DNA of 64,000 bases, taken from positions 32,645 to 96,644 of the forward strand of contig JAXMDU010000004.1 in NCBI GenBank assembly GCA_046348645.1, in the 5' to 3' direction. Made by a program: the position numbers and the translations under genes. This DNA is from Alphaproteobacteria bacterium. Its GTDB lineage: Bacteria; Pseudomonadota; Alphaproteobacteria; JAXMDU01. The stretch's first letter is position 1. The number at the start of each line of letters is the position of its first letter. The notes below the pieces were generated by a model that saw only the letters and a program-made list of their open reading frames with translations, made no database searches and was not told where the DNA came from. Below are positions 56,143 through 64,000 of this stretch, piece after piece.

Positions 56143-57302
56143 CCAATCACGCCCCTCGCGGCGCCCTTTCGGGCCTGCGCGTTCTCGATTTCAGCCGCGT
56201 CATCGCCGGCCCCTTCTGCACCATGCAGCTGGCCGACATGGGCGCCGAGATCATCAAGGTCGAGCACCCGCAGACCGGCGACGACACCCGCGCCTGGAAG
56301 CCGCCCGAGGCCGGCGGCGAAAGCTATTTCTATCTGGCCCTGAACCGCACCAAGCGCGGCATCGCGCTTGACATCGCATCGGACGAAGGCCGCGCCATCG
56401 CCCGCGACATGGCGATGAAAAGCGACGTGGTGATCGAGAATTTTCGCCCCGGCGTGATGGGGCGCCTGGGCCTTGATTATGACCAGCTCAAGGCGCTGAA
56501 CCCGCGCCTGATCTATTGTTCGGTCTCGGCCTATGGGCAGGCGGGGCCGATGGCCGACCGGCCGGGTTTCGACCCGGTGCTACAGGCCGAACTCGGCTGG
56601 ATGGCGATGAACGGCGAACCCGGGGCCGAAGCGCTGCGCCTGCCGGTCGCGGTGATCGACACCTTCACGGCCCTTTATGCAGCGTCATCGATCCTGGCCG
56701 CCGTGATCGCGCGGGGGGCGACCGGCCATGGCCAGCGGATCGAGCTGTCGCTGATGGGGGTGGGGCTTGCGACCCTTGCCGCCCAGGCCCAGTACGCGCT
56801 GATTGCCGGCCAGACCATGCCGCGCACCGGCAACAATCACCCGATCGCGGTGCCGGTCGGGCTGTTCCCGACCCGGGGCGGCCCGATCTATGCCGCGCCC
56901 GCCAACGACAAGCTGTTCGAGGCGTTCTGCCGCGAGGTGCTGCGCGAGCCCGAGCTGGTCGCCGACCCGCGCTTCCGCGACAACGCGGCGCGGATGCAGA
57001 ACGCCAAGGCGATCTACGATCATGTCACAGGCTCGCTGGCGCGGCTCGATCGTGACGAGGTGCTGGCCCGCGCCCGCAAGGCCGGCCTGCCGGTGGGCGC
57101 GGTGCGCGACCTGACCGAAGCGCTGGAAGCGCCGGAAATCAAGGCGGCCGGGCTGGTGGCGACCGTCGATCACCCGACCGCCGGCGCCTTGCGCATGGTG
57201 GGATCGCCGATCGGAATGTCCGAAACGCCGGTCAGGCAACCGACCCCCCCGCCCCGCCTGGGCGAGCATACGGATCAGGTTCTGACCGACCTGCTGATCT
57301 GA
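56139..57302 (+). CDS. CoA-transferase family III (CaiB/BaiF-type)
   Basis: LSGLRVLDFSRVIAGPFCTMQLADMGAEIIKVEHP; start overlaps upstream stop (ATGA). Confidence 0.85.
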   Translation: MTNHAPRGALSGLRVLDFSRVIAGPFCTMQLADMGAEIIKVEHPQTGDDTRAWKPPEAGGESYFYLALNRTKRGIALDIASDEGRAIARDMAMKSDVVIENFRPGVMGRLGLDYDQLKALNPRLIYCSVSAYGQAGPMADRPGFDPVLQAELGWMAMNGEPGAEALRLPVAVIDTFTALYAASSILAAVIARGATGHGQRIELSLMGVGLATLAAQAQYALIAGQTMPRTGNNHPIAVPVGLFPTRGGPIYAAPANDKLFEAFCREVLREPELVADPRFRDNAARMQNAKAIYDHVTGSLARLDRDEVLARARKAGLPVGAVRDLTEALEAPEIKAAGLVATVDHPTAGALRMVGSPIGMSETPVRQPTPPPRLGEHTDQVLTDLLI

Positions 57303-57377
57303 TCGGGCGCGCCTTGACGCGTTGCGCAAGGGCGGCGTGATCCGCTGATCCCGCCGCCGCGTCGAGTGCGGTTTGGC

Positions 57378-58163
57378 CTAGCGTCCCTTCCACACCGGCT
57401 TGCGCTTTTCGGCGAAGGCGCGTGGTCCTTCGATCGCGTCCTCGCTCTGATAGGCCTTTTCGTGGATCTGGGTCGCTTCCTTGATGGCGTGCCCGGTGAC
57501 GATGTCCATCGCCGCGCGGGCCGAAAGCTTCGCGGCCTCGACCGAGAGCGGCGCGCCCTCGGCGATCCGCGACGCCAGGGCGCGGGCCCGTTCCAGCACC
57601 TTGGCGGCGGTGGGCTCGATGTAGTTGACGAAGCCCACCTGGTGGAAGCGCTCGACCGGCATGAAATCGCCGACCAGGGTCAGTTCCAGCAGCAGCGGCG
57701 CCGGCATCGCCCACATCGCCGGCATCGCCCAGGCCGAGCCACGGCCGCGATGCACCTCGGTGATGCCGAGCGTCGAGCCGGCAAGCCCGATCCGCAGATC
57801 GCAATTGATCGTCAGCATCATGCCGCCTGCCGGCGCATGGCCGTTCATGGCGGCGATGATCGGCTTCTTCACATCGCGCATGATGGGGCAGGACGGATCG
57901 CCGATCAGCTCAAGGATGTCGATGCCCTGCTTGGCGCGGATCTCGGCCGTTTCCTTGAGATCCATGCCGGCGCAGAACGTGCCGCAGTCGCTGCCGGTCA
58001 GAATGGCGACGCGCACTTTCGGATTCTTGTTGATGTCCTTCCAGATCTCTTCCAGCCGCTTGAATGCCGCGACGTTGAGAGCATTGCGGCGATCCGGACG
58101 GTTGAGCGTCACCGTCGCCACGTAGTTGGAGATTTCGTAGAGAACAACATCCTTATCGCTCAT
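57378..58163 (-). CDS. enoyl-CoA hydratase/isomerase family; carries an in-frame 18-bp tandem duplication
   Basis: VATVTLNRPDRRNAL...ILTGSDCGTFCAGMDL...AAMNGHAPAGGMML; SAWAMP-AMWAMP duplication at 57703-57738. Line-based coordinates here may be off by 1. Confidence 0.75.
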   Translation of the reverse strand: MSDKDVVLYEISNYVATVTLNRPDRRNALNVAAFKRLEEIWKDINKNPKVRVAILTGSDCGTFCAGMDLKETAEIRAKQGIDILELIGDPSCPIMRDVKKPIIAAMNGHAPAGGMMLTINCDLRIGLAGSTLGITEVHRGRGSAWAMPAMWAMPAPLLLELTLVGDFMPVERFHQVGFVNYIEPTAAKVLERARALASRIAEGAPLSVEAAKLSARAAMDIVTGHAIKEATQIHEKAYQSEDAIEGPRAFAEKRKPVWKGR

Positions 58164-58351
58164 AGGGCTCCCTTCCCACGCATTTGCATTCCAGAGCGGC
58201 TTCGGGCGCGCCTCACGCGGGCTTTGCCAGCCGGTCCTGTGGCTTGATAGCATGGGCCGGCCATTTCTAACAGTTGTCAGGCTTGGCCGCTGTTCGCGCG
58301 CTGCCGCCCGATTTCAGCCGACAGGCCCAATTTCAGCAGAAAGGATCATCC

Positions 58352-59008
58352 ATGTTCCAGCTCGACCGCCAGGGGGCCGTTTTCGTTCTCACCATGGATC
58401 GGGGCGAGAACCGCTTCGATCTTGACGTCTATGCCGCCCTCGATCGCCATCTCGACACGGTCGAGCGCACCACCGGCGCCCGGGCGCTGGTGACGACGGG
58501 CATGGACAAGTTCTATTCGAACGGCCTCAACATCGACGTCATCCTGGCCCGCGGCGGGCGCAAGGCGCTGGACGAGGTGGTGACCGTCACGACCCGCTTC
58601 TGCCAGCGCCTTTCCACCTTCCCGCACCCGACCGTGGCGGCCATCAATGGCCACGCCTATGCCGCCGGGGCGGTGGTGGCGCTGGCCCATGATTACCGCA
58701 TCATGCGCGAGGATCGCGGTTACTTCTGCCTGCCCGAGATCGATCTCAAGGTGGCGCTGCCGTCCGGCCTGCTCGAGATGTTCCGCGACCGCATGACGCC
58801 CCAGGCGCTGCGCGATTGCGTGCTGTTCGGCCGCCGCTATACCAGCACCGAGGCCCTGGCCGCCGCGCTGGTCGACCGGCTTGTTCCGGCCGCCGATGTT
58901 CTGGCGCAGTCGATGGCGCTTGCCACATCCCTGGCCGACAAGGACCCGCCCACTCTGGCCGAGATGAAACGCGGCCTTTACGGCCGGGGCGGCGCGGCCA
59001 TGCCGTAA
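58352..59008 (+). CDS. enoyl-CoA hydratase/isomerase family protein
   Basis: Start MFQLDRQGAVFVLTMDRGENRF after AAAGGA; AAINGHAYAAGAVVALAHDYRIM. Confidence 0.7.
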   Translation: MFQLDRQGAVFVLTMDRGENRFDLDVYAALDRHLDTVERTTGARALVTTGMDKFYSNGLNIDVILARGGRKALDEVVTVTTRFCQRLSTFPHPTVAAINGHAYAAGAVVALAHDYRIMREDRGYFCLPEIDLKVALPSGLLEMFRDRMTPQALRDCVLFGRRYTSTEALAAALVDRLVPAADVLAQSMALATSLADKDPPTLAEMKRGLYGRGGAAMP

Positions 59009-59126
59009 GCGGAGGGCGGATCACTTTCCGCCTTGACCGCCGCGGGCGATTCGAACAATTGTTAGACAGGCGCTGCGGCATCCCGCCCGCCCCTGCAAGC
59101 CAGCCCCGAAAGCGAGACCCAATCCC

Positions 59127-59963
59127 ATGTTCCAGAAAGACCTGCTCCAGGACAAACGGATCCTGATTACCGGCGGCGGCTCGGGCCTGGGGCGTGCCAT
59201 GGCCAAGCGCTTCGCCGAGCTTGGCGCCCATGTGATCGTCGCGGCGCGGCGCGAAGAGCTGCTCCGGGAAACGGTGGCCGAGATCCAGGCGGCCGGCGGC
59301 CGGGCCAGCTGGCATCCGCTCGATATCCGGGTTGCATCGCTGTGCGAAGAGGTGGTCGAGCGCATCTGGTCCGAGGGTCCGCTTGATGTGCTGGTCAACA
59401 ATTCGGCCGGCAATTTTGCCGCCCGGACCGAAACCCTGTCGGCCCGGGCACTCGATTCGGTCCTCAACCCGACCCTGCACGGAACGCTTTACATGACTGT
59501 CGAATGCGGCAAGCGCTGGATCCGCGACCGCCGCAAGGGCAACGTCATCAGCATGGTGTTTTCCGGCGCTTCGGTCGGCTCGGCGTTCACGGTGCCGTCG
59601 GCGATGTCAAAGGCGGGCATGGTGGCGATGACCCGCAGCCTGGCGGTTGAATGGGGCCCGAAGGGCATCCGCCTGAACGCCATTTCGCCCGGCGCCTTTC
59701 CGACCAAGGGCGCCTGGGACCGGCTGCTGCCGCGCCCCGAACTGGCGCACGAGTTCGAGACCAACAACCCGCTCGGCCGTCCCGGCCGCTACGACGAAGT
59801 TGTCCATCTTGCCGCGTTCCTGGCCGCCGACGGGTCCGAATACATCAATGGCGATGTCATCACCATCGACGGCGGCCAATGGCTGCAAGGGGCCGGGACC
59901 TTCAACTTCCTGCGCAAGCTGACCGACGCCGAGTGGGACAGCATGAAGCCGCCCAAGCGCTGA
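59127..59963 (+). CDS. SDR-family oxidoreductase (2,4-dienoyl-CoA reductase-like)
   Basis: RILITGGGSGLGRAMA Rossmann motif; SAMSKAGM (YxxxK-type context). Confidence 0.75.
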   Translation: MFQKDLLQDKRILITGGGSGLGRAMAKRFAELGAHVIVAARREELLRETVAEIQAAGGRASWHPLDIRVASLCEEVVERIWSEGPLDVLVNNSAGNFAARTETLSARALDSVLNPTLHGTLYMTVECGKRWIRDRRKGNVISMVFSGASVGSAFTVPSAMSKAGMVAMTRSLAVEWGPKGIRLNAISPGAFPTKGAWDRLLPRPELAHEFETNNPLGRPGRYDEVVHLAAFLAADGSEYINGDVITIDGGQWLQGAGTFNFLRKLTDAEWDSMKPPKR

Positions 59964-60025
59964 GAGCCGCGTGCAGGACGGTCGGGCGCGGGAAAGCCGG
60001 AGGTCCCGGAATGCCGAGGCGCGTT

Positions 60026-60499
60026 TCAGCCGCCCGCCGGCGGCCGCTTGCGAAGCAGGAAGCGCAGGGTCGCCTCGAGGCACGGCTCGCCCCTTTGATT
60101 GACGAGCGATGCCGCAAGCACCACGACACCGGTGGTGCGCCCCGGATCAAGCGCCGCAACCTTGAGCATCGGCTGCACGGTATCGTTCCGGAAGACGGGC
60201 TTCAGGAACTTGACCGTCATGTCGAGCAGGAACATCAGCGATTGATCGAGACCGAGCGCAAAGCTTCCCGACCCCGGCGACAGCAGGTTCACAAGCTGGA
60301 AGCCGCTGGCCAGCTGATCGGGGAAGCCGCGGGCCCGGCAGTATTCCCGGTCGTAATGGGTCTTGTTCCCGTCGCCGCTGACGACAAGCTGGGCCGCGAA
60401 ATGGCCATCATCGACGGTGCGCGACGGCATATAAAAGGTATCACCAACGGTGAAATCCTCGAAAAAGCGTGCCGGGGGTGTGGCGGGAATGGTGCTCAT
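60026..60499 (-). CDS. MaoC-like / hotdog-fold acyl dehydratase
   Basis: 157 aa; FFEDFTVGDTF N-terminus typical of MaoC-dehydratase-like proteins. Confidence 0.6.
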   Translation of the reverse strand: MSTIPATPPARFFEDFTVGDTFYMPSRTVDDGHFAAQLVVSGDGNKTHYDREYCRARGFPDQLASGFQLVNLLSPGSGSFALGLDQSLMFLLDMTVKFLKPVFRNDTVQPMLKVAALDPGRTTGVVVLAASLVNQRGEPCLEATLRFLLRKRPPAGG

Positions 60500-60636
60500 C
60501 GGGTCCTCGTCCAGTCAAACGATGCGGCTCGACCTTCGAATGTCGCATGGCGCCTGTCAAGGCACGATTGCCGAACCGCTTGCTGGCCCCATCGACTGAG
60601 CCCTAAAGTCGCGCGTGCATTCCGGATCGAGGCCCC

Positions 60637-62247
60637 ATGAGCATCATCAAGTCCACCGTTCATACCGCCAGCGAGGAATTCCGGCTGAATGCCGAGGCCT
60701 ATCGCGCCGAAATCGCGCGCCTGCACGCGCTCAGGCGCGAGGCGCGCCGCGGCGGTCCTGACGAGGCGCGCAGGCGCCATACCGAAGAGCGCGGCCAGAT
60801 CCTGCCACGCGACCGGGTGCGCGCGCTGATCGATCCGGGCTCGCCGTTTCTCGAGTTCGGCGAGCTGGCCGGTCTCAACCTGTACGAGGGCGTGCCACCC
60901 GGTGGCAGCATCATCACCGGCGTCGGCCGCATCGAGGGCCGGCACTGCATGATCATCGCCAATGACGCGACCGTGAAGGGCGGCACCTGGTATCCGATCA
61001 CCTGCCGCAAGCATGTGCGCGCCCAGGAATACGCCCACACCCATCGCCTGCCCTGCATCACCCTGGTGCAGAGCGGCGGCGCCAACCTGCCGACCCATGC
61101 CGGCATCTTTCCCGACAAGGGTATGTGCGGCTCGATCTTCCAGAACCAGATCCGCATGTCCGGCGACAAGATTCCGCAGATTGCCGTGGTGTTCGGCCCG
61201 TCAACCGCCGGCGGTGCCTATGTTCCCGCGCTGTGCGACGAATCGGTGATCGTGCGCAACAAGGGATTCATGTATCTGGGCGGCCCCGAACTGACCCGCG
61301 CCGCGACCGGCGAAGTGGTGGACCAGGAAAGCCTGGGCGGCGCCGAGATGCACAGCCGCATTTCGGGTGTGACCGACCACATCGCCGAGGATGACCGCCA
61401 CGCGCTGGCCATCACCCGCAAGATCGTCGCCAACATGGGCAATCTGCCGAAGCAGCGCTGGGACGTGGCGCCGCCCCGCCCGCCCCGCTACGACCCGACC
61501 GAGATCTACGGCATCATCAGCCGCGACCCCAAGCTGCCGCACGAAACCCGCGAGATCGTCGCCCGCCTGGTGGATGACAGCGAATTGCAGGAATTCAAGG
61601 CGCTGTTTGGCGATACGCTGATCTGCGGTTTTGCCCGCATCAAGGGCTTCGAGGTCGGCATCCTGTGCAATCGCGGCGTGCTGTTCGCCGAAAGCGCGGT
61701 CAAGGGCGCGCATTTCATCGAGCTTTGCACGCGGCGCGATATCCCGCTTCTGTTCCTGCCCGACGTGTCGGGCTTCATGGTGGGCAAGGTCGCCGAGCAG
61801 GGCGGCATCGCCAAGGCGGGCGCACGGCTGATGACGGCGATGGCATCTGCCAACGTGCCGAAATACACGGTCTACATCGGCGCGGCCTATGGCGCCGGTT
61901 ATATGGCGATGGCGGCCCGCCCCTTCGAGCCGACCGCGACCTTCTTCTGGCCCAATGGCCGCGCCGACCTGATGGGCCCCGATCAGGCCGCCAACACCCT
62001 GTGGGATGTCCGCGTCGCCGGATTGCGCCGCCAGAACAAGACCTGGACGCCCGCGGACGAACGAAGCTTCAAGGAACCGATGCTGGCCGATTTCAACGCC
62101 TTCTCGAATGCCTACAACTTTGCCGCCAATCTGTGGACAGATGGCGTGATCGACCCGGTCGAGACCCGCGACGTGCTGGCCCTGATGCTTGATGTTGCCG
62201 GCCGCACGCCACCGGTCGAGACCCGATACGGCATTTTCCGGCATTAA
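60637..62247 (+). CDS. biotin-dependent acyl-CoA carboxylase, carboxyltransferase (beta) subunit (methylcrotonyl/geranyl-CoA carboxylase-like)
   Basis: MCCase-beta/PCC-beta-like sequence (GGSIITGVGRIEGRHCMIIANDATVKGGTWYP...FGPSTAGGAYVPAL...FLPDVSGFMVGK). Confidence 0.85.
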   Translation: MSIIKSTVHTASEEFRLNAEAYRAEIARLHALRREARRGGPDEARRRHTEERGQILPRDRVRALIDPGSPFLEFGELAGLNLYEGVPPGGSIITGVGRIEGRHCMIIANDATVKGGTWYPITCRKHVRAQEYAHTHRLPCITLVQSGGANLPTHAGIFPDKGMCGSIFQNQIRMSGDKIPQIAVVFGPSTAGGAYVPALCDESVIVRNKGFMYLGGPELTRAATGEVVDQESLGGAEMHSRISGVTDHIAEDDRHALAITRKIVANMGNLPKQRWDVAPPRPPRYDPTEIYGIISRDPKLPHETREIVARLVDDSELQEFKALFGDTLICGFARIKGFEVGILCNRGVLFAESAVKGAHFIELCTRRDIPLLFLPDVSGFMVGKVAEQGGIAKAGARLMTAMASANVPKYTVYIGAAYGAGYMAMAARPFEPTATFFWPNGRADLMGPDQAANTLWDVRVAGLRRQNKTWTPADERSFKEPMLADFNAFSNAYNFAANLWTDGVIDPVETRDVLALMLDVAGRTPPVETRYGIFRH

Positions 62248-62265
62248 CCCGCGCGCAAGGCCACC

Positions 62266-64000
62266 ATGCCCCTGTTCCGCAAAATTCTGATCGCCAACCG
62301 CGGCGAGATCGCCTGCCGGATTGCCCGAACCTGCCATCGCCTGGGCATTCCCGTGGTTGGCATCCATTCCATTCCCGATCGCGATTCGCTGGCGGTGCGC
62401 ATGATCGGCGAATCGATCGAGATCGGCGGCGCCACCCCGACCGAAAGCTATCTCAACATCGAGGCCGTGCTTGGCGCGGCAAAGCGCGCCGGCGCGGATG
62501 CGATCCATCCTGGTTTCGGATTCCTGTCCGAGAATGCGGCCTTCGCCCGGGCCGTCGAAGCGGCCGGCATCACCTTTATCGGACCGAGCGCGCGCATCCT
62601 TGAACGATTCGGCGACAAGGCCGCGGCCAAGCAGGAAGCCCGCGCCGCCGGTGTGCCGGTCGTTCCAGGCAGCGTCGATCCAAGCCGCGACCCGAACGAG
62701 ATCCAGCGCCTGGCGCAGGAAATCGGGCTACCCGTCATGTTGAAGGCGGCGGCCGGCGGCGGCGGGCGCGGCATGCGCATCGTCAACGACGCGGCGCACC
62801 TCGGGCACGAGGTCGAGGCTGCCATGCGCGAGGCCAAGGGCGCCTTCGGCGATGACCGCCTGATCGTCGAGAAGCTGGTGACCTATGGCCGCCACATCGA
62901 GGTCCAGATCGCCGGCGACGGCAATGGCAACGTGATCCATCTCTACGAACGGGAATGCACACTGCAACGGCGCCACCAGAAGGTGATCGAGGAAGCGCCG
63001 GCGCCCAACCTGCCGGTCGCCTTGCGGGCCCGGATTCTGGACGATGCCTGCCGCCTGGCGGCGCGCGACCGGTTCCGGGGCCTGGGCACGGTCGAGTTCA
63101 TTCTGACCGGCGATCAATACTACTTCCTCGAGGTGAACCCGCGCCTGCAGGTCGAACATCCGGTAACCGAATCGGTGACCGGCCTTGATCTGATCGAGAT
63201 CCAGCTGCGCGCGGTGGCGGGCCACGGTCTTGCCGTCGCGCAAGAATCGGTCCGGATCGACGGCCATGCCGTCGAGGCGCGCGTCTATGCCGAGGATCCC
63301 GCCCAGGGCTTCATGCCATCCACGGGCCGCCTGGCGGGCGTGCATTTCCCGCCCGACATCCGGGTCGAGACCGGCGTCGACAGCGGCAGCGAGATCACCC
63401 CCTATTACGATGCCATGATCGCCAAGCTGATCACCCATGCGCCAAGCCGTGACGAGGCGCTGGATCGCATGGACCACGCCCTGGCCGAGACCGCCATCTT
63501 CGGCATCACCACCAATATCGGCTTTCTGCGCACCTTGGTTGCCCTGCCGGAAACCCGCTCGGCGCGCTTCCACACGACCCTGATCGATGAAGGTTTGAGC
63601 CGCTGGGCGACGACATCGGCCGACAGCGCCGAGACCCGGGCCATCGCCGCCTATCTCTGGCTGCGCAGCCAGCGCGCCAGCACCGAAACCGACCCCTGGG
63701 GCGCGTGGAACGGGATGACAGGCTGGCAGGTCGGAATCGGCGAACAGGTGGTCGATGGCGTGCCAACCCTGATCCTGCGCGGCGAATCCGAAACGGCCGA
63801 GATTCGATTGTCGCAGATCGGCGCCGATGGCGCGCTCCGCATCGGGCTTGGGCCAGCGATCGTCACGGTCCGGGCCAGACCGCTGGCGGATGGCCGCGAT
63901 CTTGTCACGGTCGATGCGCGCCAGCTTGCCATACGCGCCGCGATCGGTGCGGGCCGCATTCACCTGCATGGCGAATTCGGCACGGTAAGCTATGGCGTCG
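62266..64000 (+). CDS. biotin carboxylase / biotin-carboxyl-carrier alpha subunit of acyl-CoA carboxylase (3' partial, runs off window)
   Basis: MPLFRKILIANRGEIACRIARTC...MLKAAAGGGGRGMRIV...EVNPRLQVEHPVTE; not in ORF track because no stop within the window. Confidence 0.85.
   Translation, partial: MPLFRKILIANRGEIACRIARTCHRLGIPVVGIHSIPDRDSLAVRMIGESIEIGGATPTESYLNIEAVLGAAKRAGADAIHPGFGFLSENAAFARAVEAAGITFIGPSARILERFGDKAAAKQEARAAGVPVVPGSVDPSRDPNEIQRLAQEIGLPVMLKAAAGGGGRGMRIVNDAAHLGHEVEAAMREAKGAFGDDRLIVEKLVTYGRHIEVQIAGDGNGNVIHLYERECTLQRRHQKVIEEAPAPNLPVALRARILDDACRLAARDRFRGLGTVEFILTGDQYYFLEVNPRLQVEHPVTESVTGLDLIEIQLRAVAGHGLAVAQESVRIDGHAVEARVYAEDPAQGFMPSTGRLAGVHFPPDIRVETGVDSGSEITPYYDAMIAKLITHAPSRDEALDRMDHALAETAIFGITTNIGFLRTLVALPETRSARFHTTLIDEGLSRWATTSADSAETRAIAAYLWLRSQRASTETDPWGAWNGMTGWQVGIGEQVVDGVPTLILRGESETAEIRLSQIGADGALRIGLGPAIVTVRARPLADGRDLVTVDARQLAIRAAIGAGRIHLHGEFGTVSYGV

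Overview
High-GC (about 65-70%) proteobacterial chromosomal segment, read by eye from the sequence and the six-frame ORF track; no searches were run. It is dominated by acyl-CoA metabolism: 8 paralogous family-III (CaiB/BaiF-type) CoA-transferases, 5 acyl-CoA dehydrogenases, 3 crotonase-family enzymes, 2 thiolases plus a DUF35 partner, 3 AMP-forming ligases, 2 MaoC hotdog proteins, 2 SDRs, an HMG-CoA lyase-like gene, a biotin-dependent carboxylase pair, and 4 DctP-like solute-binding proteins with no TRAP membrane subunits and no transcription factor in the window. Housekeeping and other genes include metZ, a frameshifted folE, tRNA-Gly(CCC), ubiT-ubiU-ubiV, a PEP-CTERM protein behind a sigma-54 promoter, a membrane adenylate cyclase and a DUF1194 protein. 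The most striking feature is a roughly 3.9 kb lower-GC (about 50%) insertion (44218-48103) bracketed by about 280 bp direct repeats and carrying a single 1209-aa gene that fuses an Upf1-like SF1 helicase, a PLD (HKD) nuclease domain and two topoisomerase-type zinc ribbons; I interpret it as a candidate single-gene anti-phage defence system. A second small low-GC insert (52238-52988) carries a 155-aa three-helix membrane protein and is flanked by a duplicated terminator. Other oddities are short tandem repeats at gene 3' ends and a gene-decay zone in the first 3.3 kb. Minus-strand coordinates taken from line positions may be off by 1 nt in places.
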